From NCBI GenBank assembly GCA_964437815.1, contig CAYTIE010000004.1, forward strand, positions 110 to 64,109: 64,000 bases of DNA. The letters are read 5' to 3'. Numbering within the stretch: the first letter of the stretch is position 1; each line of letters opens with the position of its first letter. The DNA comes from an uncultured Flavobacteriaceae bacterium. GTDB lineage: Bacteria > Bacteroidota > Bacteroidia > Flavobacteriales > Flavobacteriaceae. A program made the position numbers and the translations under genes. The notes under the pieces are model-generated. The model did not search any database. It was not told where the DNA came from and worked only from the letters and a program-made list of their open reading frames with translations. Below, piece after piece: positions 26,087 through 37,002 of the stretch.

Positions 26087-27385
26087 TTATTTAACATTTA
26101 CTAAAAAATAATTTTTTTTACCTCTTTGAAGAAGAATAAATTTATTATTAATCAAATTTTTATCACTAATAACAAAATTATTTGGGATTTTATTTTTGTT
26201 AACATAAATTGAATTTTCACTTAATGCTCTTTTTGCCTCACTCAATGATTTTAAAAAATTTGTCTCTTTAGACAGGAATATTTCTATGTCGATTCCAGCC
26301 TTAAGTTTTTTAATACTTAGGGTTGATTTTGGCACTCCTTCAAAAAGTTCTATTATAGTTTCAGGATTAATTGATTTTAAATCATCTTCACTTGATTTTC
26401 CAAACAAAATTTTAGATGCATTTAATGCATTTTCTAACTCTTTTCCTCCGTGAATAAGTTTAGTTAAGGAATCTGCCAAATAGTTTTGTAGAACCCTTAA
26501 TTCTTTATTATTATCATGTTCTGTAATTAATTTTTCTACTTCATTTTTTGTTAAAAATGTAAATATCTTAATATAGTTTTTTGCATCCTCATCAGAAATA
26601 TTTATCCAATATTGATAAAATTTGTAGGCAGAAGTTTTGTTTTTATCAAGCCAAACATTTCCACTCTCAGATTTACCAAATTTTGAACCATCAGATTTAG
26701 TTACTAAAGGACATGTTAAGGCAAATGCTTTTTTATTCTCTTTCCTTCTAATTAATTCTGTTCCAGTAGTAATATTCCCCCATTGATCGCTTCCACCCAT
26801 TTGGACGATACAATTCATATTTTGATATAAATAAAGAAAGTCATACCCCTGTATTAATTGATATGTGAATTCAGTAAATGACATTCCATCTTTTGACTCT
26901 TTCCCAATTCTTTTTTTAACTGAGTCCTTTGCCATCATATAATTGATAGTTATATGCTTCCCTATATTTCTAGAAAAATCAATTATTGAAAACTTACTCA
27001 TCCAATCGTAATTATTTAATAATATTGCAGAGTTTCCTTTTTTAGAATCAAAATCTAAAAATTTTTCAAATTGTTTTTTAAGCTTTTTAAAATTATAGTC
27101 TAAAATATCTTTATCTAATAATTTTCTTTCATCTGATTTTCCAGAAGGATCACCAATCATTCCAGTTGCTCCTCCTAATAAAACAATAGGAGTATGACCA
27201 TACTTTTGAAAATGCATTAATAAAAAAATTGGAACAAGGCTACCAACATGGAGTGAATCTGATGTTGGATCAAAACCTATATAACCAAGAGATTTGTTTT
27301 TGTTTAAATGATCTTCAGTTCCAGGGATAATATCCTGTAACATTCCTCTCCATTTTAATTCATCAATAAAATTTTTCATAATCAA
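26087..27385 (-). CDS. tyrS: Tyrosyl-tRNA synthetase
   Basis: 432 aa. HIGH-type motif (DSLHVGSL), KFGKS (KMSKS equivalent) and a C-terminal S4-like domain. Confidence 0.93.
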   Translation of the reverse strand: MIMKNFIDELKWRGMLQDIIPGTEDHLNKNKSLGYIGFDPTSDSLHVGSLVPIFLLMHFQKYGHTPIVLLGGATGMIGDPSGKSDERKLLDKDILDYNFKKLKKQFEKFLDFDSKKGNSAILLNNYDWMSKFSIIDFSRNIGKHITINYMMAKDSVKKRIGKESKDGMSFTEFTYQLIQGYDFLYLYQNMNCIVQMGGSDQWGNITTGTELIRRKENKKAFALTCPLVTKSDGSKFGKSESGNVWLDKNKTSAYKFYQYWINISDEDAKNYIKIFTFLTKNEVEKLITEHDNNKELRVLQNYLADSLTKLIHGGKELENALNASKILFGKSSEDDLKSINPETIIELFEGVPKSTLSIKKLKAGIDIEIFLSKETNFLKSLSEAKRALSENSIYVNKNKIPNNFVISDKNLINNKFILLQRGKKNYFLVNVK

Positions 27386-27711
27386 TTAATTGATAGAGAA
27401 TCCATTTTGTTTAATATTCTCTTTTTAACATTAGAATAAATTTCAAAATGATCTCGCGGTCTTTTTGAGTAATATATTTCACTTTCATAGAATTGTATAC
27501 TATCCACAGAATATCTTTCAAAGACAAATTCATCTCCAACAACTTCATCTTTTGACATTAATGAATTTGCATTAATAGAATTTAAGATTAATATATCAAA
27601 AATTATATTTTCCATCTGTTCTTTATCTATAAGATTATCTGGTTTTTTATTAGATAATTCGCAACCTACTGGGACAAATAAAATTAATAAAATAAATATT
27701 ATATTTTTCAT
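27382..27711 (-). CDS. DUF4296-like lipoprotein
   Basis: 109 aa with a lipoprotein signal (LFVPVGC). It has the usual flavobacterial position downstream of dihydroorotase. Confidence 0.5.
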   Translation of the reverse strand: MKNIIFILLILFVPVGCELSNKKPDNLIDKEQMENIIFDILILNSINANSLMSKDEVVGDEFVFERYSVDSIQFYESEIYYSKRPRDHFEIYSNVKKRILNKMDSLSIN

Positions 27712-29048
27712 CTATCGAAAATTAATTGTTCACCTATTGGATCAGAAACTATTTTCCCTTGATCATAAACTAGTTGCCCATTAACAAATGTCATAAAAAT
27801 TGACGAATCAAAAGTCTGACCCTCAAAGGGTGACCAATTACATTTATATAACAAGGAATCTTTGGAAACATAATAACTTTTTCTAGTATCTATTAGGACA
27901 ATATCCGCAAAATAACCTTCTCGAATAAAGCCTCTATTTTTAATATTAAAAACTATTGAAGGGTTATGAGAGATCTTTTCCACAATTTTTTCAATACTAA
28001 TATTATGTTTTTTAGATTCAGTTAGAAGAGAAATTACTGAATGTTGAACCATTGGGCCACCAGATGGACACTTGGTATATAATCTTTTTTTCTCTTCAAG
28101 TGTATGTGGAGCATGATCAGATGCAATAATATCAATTTTATCATTTAAGACAGCTTGCCAAAGTTCATTTTTATCCGCTTCAGTTTTTATTGCTGGGTTC
28201 CATTTTATTTTTGATCCGAGTAGTTTATAATCTTTATCCGTAAACCATAAATGATGAGCACAAGCTTCAGAAGTGATTTTCTTTTCACTTAATGGTATAT
28301 TGCTATCAAAGAGATCAAGCTCTTTAGCGGTTGAAATGTGAAATACATTTAATCTTGCACCAGTTTTTTTAGCTAATTCAATTGCAAATTTTGATGATTT
28401 GTAACATGCTTCATGATTACGAATTTCAGGATGAAGATCTATTGGAATGTCATCACCATATTTATTAATATGATTAATCAAATTTCTTTTGATTATATCT
28501 TCATCCTCGCAATGCACTGAAATTGGAAGTTTAGTATTTCTAAATATTTTTTCAATAGCTTTATGATTATCTACAAGCATATTTCCTGTTGATGAGCCAA
28601 GAAAAAGCTTGATTCCTGCAATATCACTCTCATTAACATTAATTATATCATCTACATTATTATTTGTTCCTCCAAACATAAATGAAAAATTTGCAAATGA
28701 GTTAGATTCTGCAATACCTATTTTCTGATATAATGCAGTATCATTTATTGTATTTGGAATAGTATTTGGCATTTCAATAAAAGAAGTCACTCCACCAGCT
28801 ACTGCGGCTCTAGATTCTGTAAAAATATCTCCTTTATGTGTTAGACCCGGTTCTCTAAAATGAACTTGATCATCAATCATTCCTGGGATTAGTGTTAAAC
28901 CATCAGCATTAATAATATTTACAGAACTTGAGATGTTAATTTCTTTATCAATCTTGCTTATTATTGATCCTTCAATTAATATATCGCTTATTGTTGAATT
29001 ACCTTCATTAACTATCGTCGCATTTTTAATTAGGGTTTTATTACTCAT
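27708..29048 (-). CDS. pyrC: Dihydroorotase (cyclic amidohydrolase family)
   Basis: 446 aa. The DDQVHFREPG metal-binding motif and SDHAPH near the C-terminal half. Confidence 0.85.
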   Translation of the reverse strand: MSNKTLIKNATIVNEGNSTISDILIEGSIISKIDKEINISSSVNIINADGLTLIPGMIDDQVHFREPGLTHKGDIFTESRAAVAGGVTSFIEMPNTIPNTINDTALYQKIGIAESNSFANFSFMFGGTNNNVDDIINVNESDIAGIKLFLGSSTGNMLVDNHKAIEKIFRNTKLPISVHCEDEDIIKRNLINHINKYGDDIPIDLHPEIRNHEACYKSSKFAIELAKKTGARLNVFHISTAKELDLFDSNIPLSEKKITSEACAHHLWFTDKDYKLLGSKIKWNPAIKTEADKNELWQAVLNDKIDIIASDHAPHTLEEKKRLYTKCPSGGPMVQHSVISLLTESKKHNISIEKIVEKISHNPSIVFNIKNRGFIREGYFADIVLIDTRKSYYVSKDSLLYKCNWSPFEGQTFDSSIFMTFVNGQLVYDQGKIVSDPIGEQLIFDR

Positions 29049-29770
29049 AGTCTGTTAAATATAGAATCTAATCTTAATTGTACAACACCAAAAACCGCTT
29101 CTAAAATAATTCTTTTATCTAATTTTGACTCTCCCAACTCTCTATTCATAAAAATTATTTGATGTTCTTTTAATTTAAAATTTTTCTTCCAAATTTTGTA
29201 TTTCATTTCAATTTGAAATGCATAACCAATAAATCTAAACTTATCTAGATTGAGAGAACGAATACATTTTGCAGTATAAGCAACAAAACCAGAAGTAGGG
29301 TCATTAATTGGCATACCAGTAATTAACCTGACATATATTTGTGCAATATATGACAAAAAGATTCTTCCTATAGGCCAATTCACTACACTAACACCATTTA
29401 AATATCTTGAACCAACAACCACATCCACTCCATTACTAAAATATTTTATAATCTTTGGTAATTCACTTGGGTTATGAGAAAAATCTGCGTCCATTGATAT
29501 TATAAAATCATATTTTTTTTTCAAAGCCCATTTAAAACCATCAATATAGGCTGTTCCAAGACCCCTCTTATTAAGCCTTTTAATTAGAAATACTCTATTT
29601 GGAAAGCTCTCCTTTTTTTCAGAAACTATAGATGAAGTGCCATCTGGAGAATTATCATCAACAACTAGAATATCAATCTTATGATTTTCTGATATTACTA
29701 GATTAATAATCCTAGAAATATTTTCCACTTCATTATAGGTTGGAATAATTACAATAGTTTTATTGTTCAT
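29045..29770 (-). CDS. Polyprenol-phosphate mannosyltransferase-like GT2 glycosyltransferase
   Basis: 241 aa. IIPTYNE and VVDDNSPDGT motifs (DPM1-like). Confidence 0.82.
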   Translation of the reverse strand: MNNKTIVIIPTYNEVENISRIINLVISENHKIDILVVDDNSPDGTSSIVSEKKESFPNRVFLIKRLNKRGLGTAYIDGFKWALKKKYDFIISMDADFSHNPSELPKIIKYFSNGVDVVVGSRYLNGVSVVNWPIGRIFLSYIAQIYVRLITGMPINDPTSGFVAYTAKCIRSLNLDKFRFIGYAFQIEMKYKIWKKNFKLKEHQIIFMNRELGESKLDKRIILEAVFGVVQLRLDSIFNRL

Positions 29771-29795
29771 TGATTAAGAAGATTAATTTTGTAAA

Positions 29796-30464
29796 ATGCA
29801 TATTTTTCTAAATTATATAAGTAAAGATTTTTATAGTGTTTTTTTAATAGCATTTCTAGCATCTATTTTTTTATTAAAAATATCTAACTCTACAAAATTA
29901 ATTTATTTATTTAACAGATTTGTTTATTCAATGACTAATTTATTTCCTGGAATTACTGAAGAAGATAAGCACACACTCTTTTTAAAATCTATTAGCTTTT
30001 TCAATTTATATTGTTTTCTATTCATTACTTCTGTAATTACTTTTACAATTGACTCATTTTTAAATTTTATAAGTCTAGTTGATCTATTAAAAATATGGTT
30101 ATACATTATACTTATTTGTATTTCAAGATATTTATTTATTAGCTATCTATTGAACACATATAAAAATAATAACATTGATATTGTATTTAATAAAATTTAT
30201 ATAATAACTATAAATACTGCATTTTTTTTATTTATAATTAATCTAATAAATAGCTACTACTTTTATCAAAATTCATTTTTTCTTAAAGTATCTACATCTA
30301 TATGTTTAATTATATATATGATAGCACAATTAAATAATTATTTATATATAATTAGGAGGAACAAATTAAAAAACATAGTTTATTTTATTTTGTATCTTTG
30401 TGCGTTCAAATTAGCCCCTTGGATATGGTTTTATTTAAATATTCTAGGAGTAGGTAATGAATAG
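29796..30464 (+). CDS. DUF4271-like polytopic membrane protein
   Basis: 222 aa, multi-TM. The C-terminal ILYLCAFKLAPW block is present. It has the usual position upstream of the hemD-like gene in Flavobacteriia. Confidence 0.5.
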   Translation: MHIFLNYISKDFYSVFLIAFLASIFLLKISNSTKLIYLFNRFVYSMTNLFPGITEEDKHTLFLKSISFFNLYCFLFITSVITFTIDSFLNFISLVDLLKIWLYIILICISRYLFISYLLNTYKNNNIDIVFNKIYIITINTAFFLFIINLINSYYFYQNSFFLKVSTSICLIIYMIAQLNNYLYIIRRNKLKNIVYFILYLCAFKLAPWIWFYLNILGVGNE

Positions 30465-30469
30465 TAAGA

Positions 30470-31204
30470 ATGAAAATTAAAACTATCCTAATCTCACAGC
30501 CAGAGCCATCTAATGAAAATTCCCCCTATTCAAAACTTAAAAGAAAACATAAGGTTAAAATTGAATTTAGGCCATTTATTCATGTTGAAGGTTTAACAGG
30601 AAAAAAAGTAAGATCTCAAAGAGTTGATTTTTCTAAATTCAATAATATTATATTAACTAGTAGAAATGCTGTTGATCATTTCTTTAGAATTGCTGCAGAA
30701 ATGAGATTTAAAGTTCCTGATCAAACAAAATACTTCTGCCAATCAGAAGCAGTAGCTTTTTACCTTCAAAAATATGTTGTATATAGGAAGAGAAAGATTT
30801 ATGTAGGTAATAATAATTTTAATGACCTTGAAAGTACTTTTCAAAAATTTATAGGTGAGAAATATTTAGTTCCAACATCTGGAAGTCTAAATCCACAAAT
30901 AGTTAGAAGACTAGATTCATTTGGAATATATTGGGAGAGAGTTCAATTATATAAAACTGTTGTAAGTGACCTATCTGATCTTAGTGATGTCTCCTACGAC
31001 CTTCTTGTATTTTTTAGCCCTTCAGGAATTGATTCATTATTTAAAAATTTTCCTGATTTTGAACAAAACAAAACACTTATTGCAGTTTATGGAAAAACAA
31101 CTCTTGAAGCTGCAAAAAACAAGAACTTAAAAGTTGATATTGAAGTACCATCAGAGGAATCTCCTTCGATGGCAATGGGAATTGAAAATTATCTAAATAA
31201 ATAG
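30470..31204 (+). CDS. hemD: Uroporphyrinogen-III synthase (HEM4 family)
   Basis: 244 aa with HEM4-like two-lobed layout (ILISQP..., ILTSRNAVDHFF, VFFSPSGI). Confidence 0.7.
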   Translation: MKIKTILISQPEPSNENSPYSKLKRKHKVKIEFRPFIHVEGLTGKKVRSQRVDFSKFNNIILTSRNAVDHFFRIAAEMRFKVPDQTKYFCQSEAVAFYLQKYVVYRKRKIYVGNNNFNDLESTFQKFIGEKYLVPTSGSLNPQIVRRLDSFGIYWERVQLYKTVVSDLSDLSDVSYDLLVFFSPSGIDSLFKNFPDFEQNKTLIAVYGKTTLEAAKNKNLKVDIEVPSEESPSMAMGIENYLNK

Positions 31205-31205
31205 A

Positions 31206-31910
31206 TTATCTCCTGATTCTAGTAAATAAATAGATTAGTTGAGCCAAAGAACCCAAAGCAGCTACAACATAAGTCATCGCAGCCCATTTAAGAGCATCTT
31301 TTGATGCAATTAATTCTCTTTGATTAACAATCCTCTTTCTTTCTAGCCAATACAGCGCCCTATTACTTGCATCAAACTCTACCGGTAGGGTAACAAAGCT
31401 AAAAAGAGTTCCTGAAGCAAATCCTAATATTCCTAGTTGAGTTAAAGTTTGACCTAGAAATGGAGAACTACCAATCAGTGCTATACCAAAAAATATAAGA
31501 TAAATCCCTAAGTTTGATGAAACACTAACAAGAGGGACAAGGATCGATCTCATTCTTAACCACTCATATCCTTTTGCATGTTGAACTGCATGTCCACACT
31601 CATGAGCAGCTACTGCTGCTGCCGCTGCATTTCTTTGATTATATACAGATTCACTAAGATTAACAGTCTTCTTTGATGGATTATAATGGTCTGTTAATTG
31701 TCCCCTTACAGATATAACTTTAACATCATAAATTCCATTATCATTTAGCATTTTCTCAGCAATTTCCTTTCCAGTCATTCCAGAAGAAAGATTCTGTTTA
31801 GAGTATTTATTCATTTTATATTTTAATCTTGCACCAATTATCATGCTTAGAAGAATAATTGGAATTAAGATCATATAATATTCTATTTCAAATCCCCAGA
31901 AACTATTCAT
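31206..31910 (-). CDS. Putative neutral zinc metallopeptidase (Zn_peptidase_2 family membrane protein)
   Basis: 234 aa. The HECGHAVQH zinc motif, flanked by TM segments. Confidence 0.8.
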   Translation of the reverse strand: MNSFWGFEIEYYMILIPIILLSMIIGARLKYKMNKYSKQNLSSGMTGKEIAEKMLNDNGIYDVKVISVRGQLTDHYNPSKKTVNLSESVYNQRNAAAAAVAAHECGHAVQHAKGYEWLRMRSILVPLVSVSSNLGIYLIFFGIALIGSSPFLGQTLTQLGILGFASGTLFSFVTLPVEFDASNRALYWLERKRIVNQRELIASKDALKWAAMTYVVAALGSLAQLIYLFTRIRR

Positions 31911-31960
31911 AATATTTTTTTATCAAAAATAAATAATTAGAAGATTAATTAAAAGAATAA

Positions 31961-32218
31961 TTACTCTTTTAACTTATAGTATATTATTATACCCATTAGA
32001 ATTAATGTTATTCCATTTGCTAAAACAACTGATATACTTCCAATCAAAAAACCATATAAAAACCAAAGAGAAACTCCTGTAAAAAGAATTAAATACATCG
32101 TCAAAGAAATTCCAGCTGCGTTTTTCTCCTTGTAAACCTTATAAACCTGAGGTATAAATGCACTAGTTGTTAAAGTAGCTGCAATAAACCCAATAATCTC
32201 ATAATTAAATTCTATCAT
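31961..32218 (-). CDS. SemiSWEET / PQ-loop family transporter
   Basis: 85 aa with three TM helices and the PQ motif (AFIPQVYKVYK). Confidence 0.75.
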   Translation of the reverse strand: MIEFNYEIIGFIAATLTTSAFIPQVYKVYKEKNAAGISLTMYLILFTGVSLWFLYGFLIGSISVVLANGITLILMGIIIYYKLKE

Positions 32219-35052
32219 TATACTACTATATTGATTATTTTCCCTTTAACAATAATAACTTTTTTTGGCTTCTTATTGTTTAAGTACTTCTTTGTTTGGT
32301 CATCATTAAGAAGAATTTCTTCGATTTCTTCATCACTTAAATCCAATGAAAGATTTAATGTAAATTTTGTTTTACCATTAAACGAAATAGGATATAATTT
32401 TTCTGATTCTACCAGAATACTTTCATCATAAACTGGAAAAGGTTCATCTACAATTGATTTTTTATTTCCCATTAAACTCCATAATTCTTCAGCAAAATGA
32501 GGTGCAAAAGGAGAAATTAAAACTAAAAGTGGCCTTAAGACTGACTCACTATTACATTTTTCGTCACTTAGCTTATTAATACATATCATGAAACTACTTA
32601 CACATGTATTAAGACTAAACTTTTCAATATCATTAGTTACCTTCTTTATTGTTTGATTCAATATTTTTATTGACTCTTCTGAAGGAGAATCTTTAGCGAT
32701 ATTGAATTTGTCATTTAAAAAAAAGAGATTCCAGAATTTTTTTAAAAAAGAATGCACTCCTGATATCCCTCTTGTACTCCAGGGTTTTGATTGTTCAATT
32801 GGACCAAGAAACATCTCATACATTCTAAGAGTATCTGCTCCATATTGGTCACAAATATCATCTGGATTTACCACATTAAATTTAGATTTTGACATTTTTT
32901 CATGCTCTCTCTCTACTATAAACTTTCCATTTTCAGAATAAAATTTAGAGTCAGTAAATGATTTATCACTCTTTTTAAGATTATCAATATGTAGGTTATT
33001 TTCAATATCAACATATGATATATCTATTCTAATCTTATCTACATTTTTATCTTTTATTAAACCCTTAGAATAAAACTTATTAGTTCCTCTCTCTCTATAA
33101 ATAAATGATGAGTTCCCAAGAATCATTCCTTGATTAATCAATTTACTTGCATATTCATTAATTGGAAGAATATTTAAATCAAACAAAAATTTTTGATAAA
33201 ATCTTGAATACAAAAGATGTCCAGTTGCATGCTCACTTCCTCCTAGGTAAAGATCAACTCCCTTCCAATAATTTATTGCATCTTTTGATGCGAAGGAATT
33301 ATTATTAGTTGAGTCCATATATCTATAAAAGTACCATGAACTTCCTGCCCAACCAGGCATCGTGTTAAGTTCTAGAGGAAAAACATCCTTCTCATTTATC
33401 AAGTTATTTTCAACTACAGTTTTCTGCCTTACATCCCATGCCCACTTTTTAGAATTCCCTAATGGAGAATCTCCATTTTTTGTAGGTAAAAAATTATCTA
33501 TCTCTGGAAGCTCAAGAGGTAAATCAGATAAACTCAAAGTGAAAGGGTCACCATCTTTATAATAAATTGGTATTGGTTCTCCCCAATATCTTTGTCTACT
33601 GAAAATTGCATCTCTTAACTTATATTGAATCCTTGATTTTCCAATATCTTTTTTTTCTATTTCTAAAATAACTTTGTCTATAGCATCAGAAAAGGAAAGT
33701 TTATCAAGAAAATCAGAATTTTCTAGAGTAAAATTAGATTTTTCTTCAAAAGCTGATTTAGAAATATCAATTCCTTCGAATATATTTTTAATTTCTATAC
33801 CAAACTTCTTAGCAAAATCATGATCTCTTTGATCACCTGATGGAACAGCCATTACAGCTCCTGTTCCATAGCTTGCTATAACATAATCTGAGACCCATAT
33901 TGGAATTTTTTCTAAAGTGAATGGATGAATTGCATATGAACCAGTAAAAACACCTGTAACAGATTTTACATCAGAGATTCTGTCTCGTTCAGATCTACCT
34001 GAAATTGAATTTATATAATCTTTAATTTTTTCTTGATTATCTTTTGTTGTTAATTCAGTTAACATATCATATTCTGGAGCTAGTGTTAAAAATGTTGCTC
34101 CAAATATTGTATCGGGTCGTGTGGTAAAAACTTCAATATTATTTTCTAGTCCTTCAACTTTAAAATTGACTGAAACACCTTTGGATTTACCAATCCAATT
34201 TCTTTGCATTTCTTTTAAAGGTTCAGGCCAATCTACTGAATCTAAATCAGATAAAAGTCTTTCAGCATATTTACTAATCCTAAGAGACCAGTGCTTAATT
34301 CTTTTTTTTGTTACTGGATGTCCTCCTCTTTCAGAAAACCCATTAATAACTTCATCATTGGCCAGAACAGTTCCTAATTCTTCACACCAATTTACTTCTC
34401 CATTAGACAAGTAAGCTAGTCTATAATTCATTAATATCTTTGATTGTAGTTCCTGCTCAAAATTATTCCACTGTTTAGAATCAAAAATCATAGCATCTGA
34501 TGATAAAAAAGATTTGAATTTTAGATTTCCTTCACTTTTAAATACTTTAATTAAATCCTCTATACTCTTTGCTTTATTATCAAATGGGCAATAATATGAG
34601 TTAAAAAATAAAATAAAAACCCATTGAGTCCACTTGTAATATCCTGGATCAGATGTCCTTATTTCTCTACTCCAATCAAACCCAAAACCCATCCTATCTA
34701 GTTGAGCCCTATATATCTTTATATTATCAGAAGTAGTCTTTCTCGGATGTTGACCAGTTGTAATAGCATATTGTTCTGCAGGTAAACCAAAAGAATCATA
34801 TCCTTGAGGATGTAAAACATTATAACCTTTATGTCTTTTGTATCTAGAAAAAATATCACTAGCTATATAACCCAAGGGATGACCAACATGAAGACCTGCC
34901 CCAGATGGATATGGAAACATATCTAAAACATAGAATTTTGGATTAGAACTAGAATTCTTGACTTCATATATTTTATTATCACTCCAAAACTTTTGCCATT
35001 TCTTTTCTATTTTTAGAAAATTGTATTTCACTTTTTTTTTGTAAAAATACAT
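32218..35052 (-). CDS. leuS: Leucyl-tRNA synthetase
   Basis: 944 aa. HIGH region (GLHVGHPLGY), KMSKS (EKMSKSKFN) and a CP1 editing domain. Confidence 0.96.
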   Translation of the reverse strand: MYFYKKKVKYNFLKIEKKWQKFWSDNKIYEVKNSSSNPKFYVLDMFPYPSGAGLHVGHPLGYIASDIFSRYKRHKGYNVLHPQGYDSFGLPAEQYAITTGQHPRKTTSDNIKIYRAQLDRMGFGFDWSREIRTSDPGYYKWTQWVFILFFNSYYCPFDNKAKSIEDLIKVFKSEGNLKFKSFLSSDAMIFDSKQWNNFEQELQSKILMNYRLAYLSNGEVNWCEELGTVLANDEVINGFSERGGHPVTKKRIKHWSLRISKYAERLLSDLDSVDWPEPLKEMQRNWIGKSKGVSVNFKVEGLENNIEVFTTRPDTIFGATFLTLAPEYDMLTELTTKDNQEKIKDYINSISGRSERDRISDVKSVTGVFTGSYAIHPFTLEKIPIWVSDYVIASYGTGAVMAVPSGDQRDHDFAKKFGIEIKNIFEGIDISKSAFEEKSNFTLENSDFLDKLSFSDAIDKVILEIEKKDIGKSRIQYKLRDAIFSRQRYWGEPIPIYYKDGDPFTLSLSDLPLELPEIDNFLPTKNGDSPLGNSKKWAWDVRQKTVVENNLINEKDVFPLELNTMPGWAGSSWYFYRYMDSTNNNSFASKDAINYWKGVDLYLGGSEHATGHLLYSRFYQKFLFDLNILPINEYASKLINQGMILGNSSFIYRERGTNKFYSKGLIKDKNVDKIRIDISYVDIENNLHIDNLKKSDKSFTDSKFYSENGKFIVEREHEKMSKSKFNVVNPDDICDQYGADTLRMYEMFLGPIEQSKPWSTRGISGVHSFLKKFWNLFFLNDKFNIAKDSPSEESIKILNQTIKKVTNDIEKFSLNTCVSSFMICINKLSDEKCNSESVLRPLLVLISPFAPHFAEELWSLMGNKKSIVDEPFPVYDESILVESEKLYPISFNGKTKFTLNLSLDLSDEEIEEILLNDDQTKKYLNNKKPKKVIIVKGKIINIVV

Positions 35053-35077
35053 TTATTGTTTAAAAGGAGAAACTAAT

Positions 35078-36013
35078 TTGATTAACATAAAAAAGTTAAT
35101 TAATTTATACTTTATTAATTTTATAAAAAAATTGAAATCTACTAATTACGATAATATCAATAAAAATAGATTAAGAAGTAATCTTTTTTCAATCTTTATA
35201 ATTATATCATCAGTACTTTTTCTACTGGGGTTATTAAGCTTAATATTTGTTAAAACAAATAGTATAGGGAGCTATTTCAAAGAACAAGTAGTGATTGGGA
35301 TATATTTTGAAGAAAACACAAATGAGATCCAAATTAAACAGCTAGAAAAACTTTTAACTTTAAATCAAAGCTTGGCAGGAATCGAGTATATATCTAAAGA
35401 GGATGCAGTGGAAATATTTACTCAAGAAATAGGTGAAGATTTCACAACTTTCCTTGGATTTAACCCTTTGTTAAGTTCACTTAATATAAATTATAAGGGA
35501 GAAGAATTTGATACTGAATCTGTTGACAATTTTATTTTAAATTTAAAAAACAATTATGATTTTATTGAAAGTGTAGAATATGACAAACCATTAATAGATC
35601 TATTAAATTCTAATTTCAAAAAAATTGGAATATGGATAATTACTTTAGGAATTGTTTTTTTAATTATATGCTATCTTTTAATTAATAATTCAATCAAACT
35701 TTCTATATACTCAAAAAGACATATTATAAAAACTATGCAACTAGTTGGTGCAACCAAGAGGTTTATTAGATTGCCATTCATAATCACATATCTTAAATTA
35801 GGATTACTCTCTTCTATTTTCTCTATATCATTATTGTTTATTTTAATTTATCAGATAAATATTAGATTTAAAGAACTAGAATTATTAAAAGATACTAACG
35901 ATATAATTATGGTATTAACCTTCACCTTAATCTTTGGAATGCTAACATCAATTATAAGTTCATATCTAGTTACTCAAAAGTACCTTAATCTAAAAACAAG
36001 TGAACAGCTATAA
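35078..36013 (+). CDS. ftsX: Cell-division FtsX-like permease
   Basis: 311 aa. One N-terminal TM, an extracytoplasmic domain and three C-terminal TM (FtsX/MacB-type). The ORF uses a TTG start as tracked. Confidence 0.75.
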   Translation: MINIKKLINLYFINFIKKLKSTNYDNINKNRLRSNLFSIFIIISSVLFLLGLLSLIFVKTNSIGSYFKEQVVIGIYFEENTNEIQIKQLEKLLTLNQSLAGIEYISKEDAVEIFTQEIGEDFTTFLGFNPLLSSLNINYKGEEFDTESVDNFILNLKNNYDFIESVEYDKPLIDLLNSNFKKIGIWIITLGIVFLIICYLLINNSIKLSIYSKRHIIKTMQLVGATKRFIRLPFIITYLKLGLLSSIFSISLLFILIYQINIRFKELELLKDTNDIIMVLTFTLIFGMLTSIISSYLVTQKYLNLKTSEQL

Positions 36014-36017
36014 TATT

Positions 36018-36254
36018 ATGGACAATAAAAATAGAAATAAGAAATTTTTGTTTAGTTCAAAAAACTACAAATTACTGTTAATATCATTTATTATATTGTT
36101 AATAGGTTTCTTTTTAATGTCAGGAGGCGGATCTAACGATCCTTCTAAATTTAATTCAGAAATTTACAATTTTAGGAGAATTAGACTTGCCCCAACTTTA
36201 ATTATTATAGGGTTTTTATTTTCCATTTTCTCAATACTTACAAAAAATAAATAA
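36018..36254 (+). CDS. DUF3098-like small membrane protein
   Basis: About 78 aa with two TM helices. The start is moved to the ATG at 36018; the tracked ORF begins at an upstream GTG overlapping ftsX. It has the conserved position after ftsX in Flavobacteriia. Confidence 0.5.
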   Translation: MDNKNRNKKFLFSSKNYKLLLISFIILLIGFFLMSGGGSNDPSKFNSEIYNFRRIRLAPTLIIIGFLFSIFSILTKNK

Positions 36255-36268
36255 GTCTATTCTACAAT

Positions 36269-36955
36269 ATGTTTTTTTCAGAAAAAAATTATAAACTAGA
36301 AAATATTTTAGATGGAGAAGTTATCTTAATAAACAAACCATATAAATGGTCTTCATTTGATGTTGTAAAAAAAATTAGAAGTAGGCTTTGCAAAAACTTT
36401 AATTTAAAAAAAATTAAAGTAGGTCATGCAGGCACTCTTGATCCATTAGCAACAGGATTATTATTGATTTGTACTGGTAAGAAAACAAAAAATATTTTCA
36501 GTTATCAGGATATGAAAAAAACATATGAAGGAGTATTTAAGTTTGGTGAAACTACTCCATCTTATGATCTAGAAACTGAGGCTAATGAATTATTTGATTA
36601 TAAACATATTGAAATAGAAATGTTAATAGAGTCAAGTAAAAATTTTATTGGAAAAGTATTTCAAAAACCTCCAATATATTCAGCTCTAAAAAAAGATGGT
36701 AAAAGGTTATATGAATATGCTAGAGAGAATGAAATAATTGAATTGAAAGACAGACAAATTAGAATCTACGATTTTCAAATAAAAAAATATGATAAACCAT
36801 ATGTAGAATTCATAATTGAATGTTCTAAGGGGACATATATTCGATCAATTGCAAATGATTATGGAAAATCATTAAAATCTGGAGCTTTTTTATATTCTTT
36901 AAAAAGAACCAAAATTGGATCATATTCATTAAAAAATGCATTAGAGATATCTTAA
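36269..36955 (+). CDS. truB: tRNA pseudouridine(55) synthase
   Basis: 228 aa with the GHAGTLDPLATGLL catalytic Asp motif. Confidence 0.92.
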   Translation: MFFSEKNYKLENILDGEVILINKPYKWSSFDVVKKIRSRLCKNFNLKKIKVGHAGTLDPLATGLLLICTGKKTKNIFSYQDMKKTYEGVFKFGETTPSYDLETEANELFDYKHIEIEMLIESSKNFIGKVFQKPPIYSALKKDGKRLYEYARENEIIELKDRQIRIYDFQIKKYDKPYVEFIIECSKGTYIRSIANDYGKSLKSGAFLYSLKRTKIGSYSLKNALEIS

Positions 36956-37002
36956 AACTTTCAAAACATTATTTCTATATTTGTAATAGTTATCTTCTAT
37001 AG